DNA of 25,078 nt from an uncultured Lachnospiraceae bacterium. Lineage in GTDB: Bacteria; Bacillota; Clostridia; Lachnospirales; Lachnospiraceae. Both the position numbers and the translations under genes were made by a program. Shown here piece after piece: positions 24,192 to 25,078 of the stretch (the stretch's first letter is position 1; each line of letters starts with the position of its first letter). A model generated the notes under the pieces. It had not been told where the DNA came from. It ran no database searches and worked only from the letters and a program-made list of their open reading frames with translations. The stretch covers positions 1-25,078 of the forward strand of contig CALZEZ010000001.1 in the NCBI GenBank assembly GCA_945643825.1. The letters run 5' to 3'.

Positions 24192-25078
24192 TGACAGTTT
24201 ATATGGATCATGCGGCGACCACCCCGCTAAGAAGGCAGGCGTTAGATGCCATGCTCCCATACTTTTGTGAGGAGTATGGCAATCCTTCCGCCGGGTACTC
24301 GCTGGCCAGTCATGCCAGAAAGGCTCTTCGGGAAGCAAGAGCGCAGATTGCAGAAGGTATAGGCTGTGCTCCGGAGGAAATCTTTTTTACCTGCGGGGGA
24401 ACAGAGAGTGATAACTGGGCAATCAAGAGTGTTGCGCAGGCGGCAGGTCGTGGACATATTATCACCAGCAAAATAGAGCATCCGGCAGTACTTAATACCT
24501 GTGCAGAGCTTGAAAGACAGGGCTTTTCCATCACCTATCTGCCTGTTTTAGGCAATGGCAGGGTGGATCCGGTGCAGGTTTTACGCGCGATCCGGCAGGA
24601 TACCATTCTGATCAGTATTATGTATGCCAATAATGAGGTTGGAACGATTCAGCCGGTAGCAGAAATCGCAGAGCTTGCGGCTGCGCACGGAATACCTTTT
24701 CATACGGATGCAGTGCAGGCTTACGGCAGCATTCCGGTGTCCGTGTCGGACGGATTTTCGATGATGTCTGTCAGTGCCCATAAATGGGGAGGACCTAAGG
24801 GGGTCGGCTTCTTATATGTGAACAGAAGATATCGACTGAAGTCTTTTTTACATGGCGGAGGTCAGGAATTGGGAATTCGTTCCGGTACAGAGAATGTGCC
24901 GGGAATTGTCGGGATGGCAGCAGCATCTAAGCTTGCGATGGAACAGATGAGAAGCATGGATTATGTGATAGGGCTTCGGGAAAGCTTATGGGAAAGGCTG
25001 AACAGTGTGGTGTGCTGCGAACGCAACAGTCCCATGGTGGATTGTCTTCCGGGACATCTGAATGTGAGCTTTGCCGGA
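24191..25078 (+). CDS. iscS: Cysteine desulfurase (IscS/NifS class-V aminotransferase), partial, runs off the window
   Basis: Not in the ORF track. The frame from ATG 24191 reads MTVYMDHAATTP...YGNPS...FTCGGTESDN...SKIEHPAV...MYANNEVGTIQP...HTDAVQA...SAHKWGGPKG...GGGQE..RSGTENV. The catalytic Cys region lies beyond the window. Confidence 0.9.
   Translation, partial: MTVYMDHAATTPLRRQALDAMLPYFCEEYGNPSAGYSLASHARKALREARAQIAEGIGCAPEEIFFTCGGTESDNWAIKSVAQAAGRGHIITSKIEHPAVLNTCAELERQGFSITYLPVLGNGRVDPVQVLRAIRQDTILISIMYANNEVGTIQPVAEIAELAAAHGIPFHTDAVQAYGSIPVSVSDGFSMMSVSAHKWGGPKGVGFLYVNRRYRLKSFLHGGGQELGIRSGTENVPGIVGMAAASKLAMEQMRSMDYVIGLRESLWERLNSVVCCERNSPMVDCLPGHLNVSFAG

Noticed and set aside
23805-24338. 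177-aa minus-strand ORF and the other short nested ORFs in the track
   Set aside because: All lie within or antisense to well-supported CDSs and show no motifs.
1-25078. CRISPR arrays, rRNA/tRNA genes, riboswitches, IS elements
   Set aside because: None recognised. Intergenic gaps are short (at most about 220 bp) and show no repeat-spacer structure or cloverleaf. A covariance-model search was not run.

Overview
A 25-kb chromosomal window, most likely from a gut or rumen Lachnospiraceae-like Bacillota bacterium (inferred from MecA, DUF6472-, DUF3810- and DUF2974-like proteins, sigma-A promoters and GGAG ribosome-binding sites). It has four blocks. (1) 1-3287: the 3' end of an RsmF-type rRNA methyltransferase, a hypothetical gene, a divergent XRE/Cro-like HTH pair with back-to-back promoters and two matching operators, then sseB-like, mecA and a small Cys-rich protein. 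(2) 3302-11081: a signalling cluster. It contains a LytS-type sensor with an intact H-box but eroded ATP-binding motifs, an intact REC-SARP-type response regulator, and a promoter carrying an 11-bp-period direct repeat followed by a 16-bp perfect hairpin. It continues with a HExxH DUF3810 protein, a 913-aa hybrid sensor altered at all four phosphorelay positions, a DUF2974 hydrolase and a nitroreductase. (3) 11105-14160: lower hexuronate/KDG catabolism (KduD/IdnO-like SDR, Eda with an extra VOC-like domain, KdgK) with a LacI-type operator. (4) 14289-25078: a glucuronoxylan-degradation cluster (lipoprotein GH10, GH43, GH9, GH115, GH3) followed by a partial cysteine desulfurase. The best candidate for an undescribed system is block 2, a two-sensor module in which neither sensor looks able to autophosphorylate. 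All family assignments come from motif recognition by eye; no database searches were run. No rRNA, tRNA, CRISPR array or transposase was recognised.
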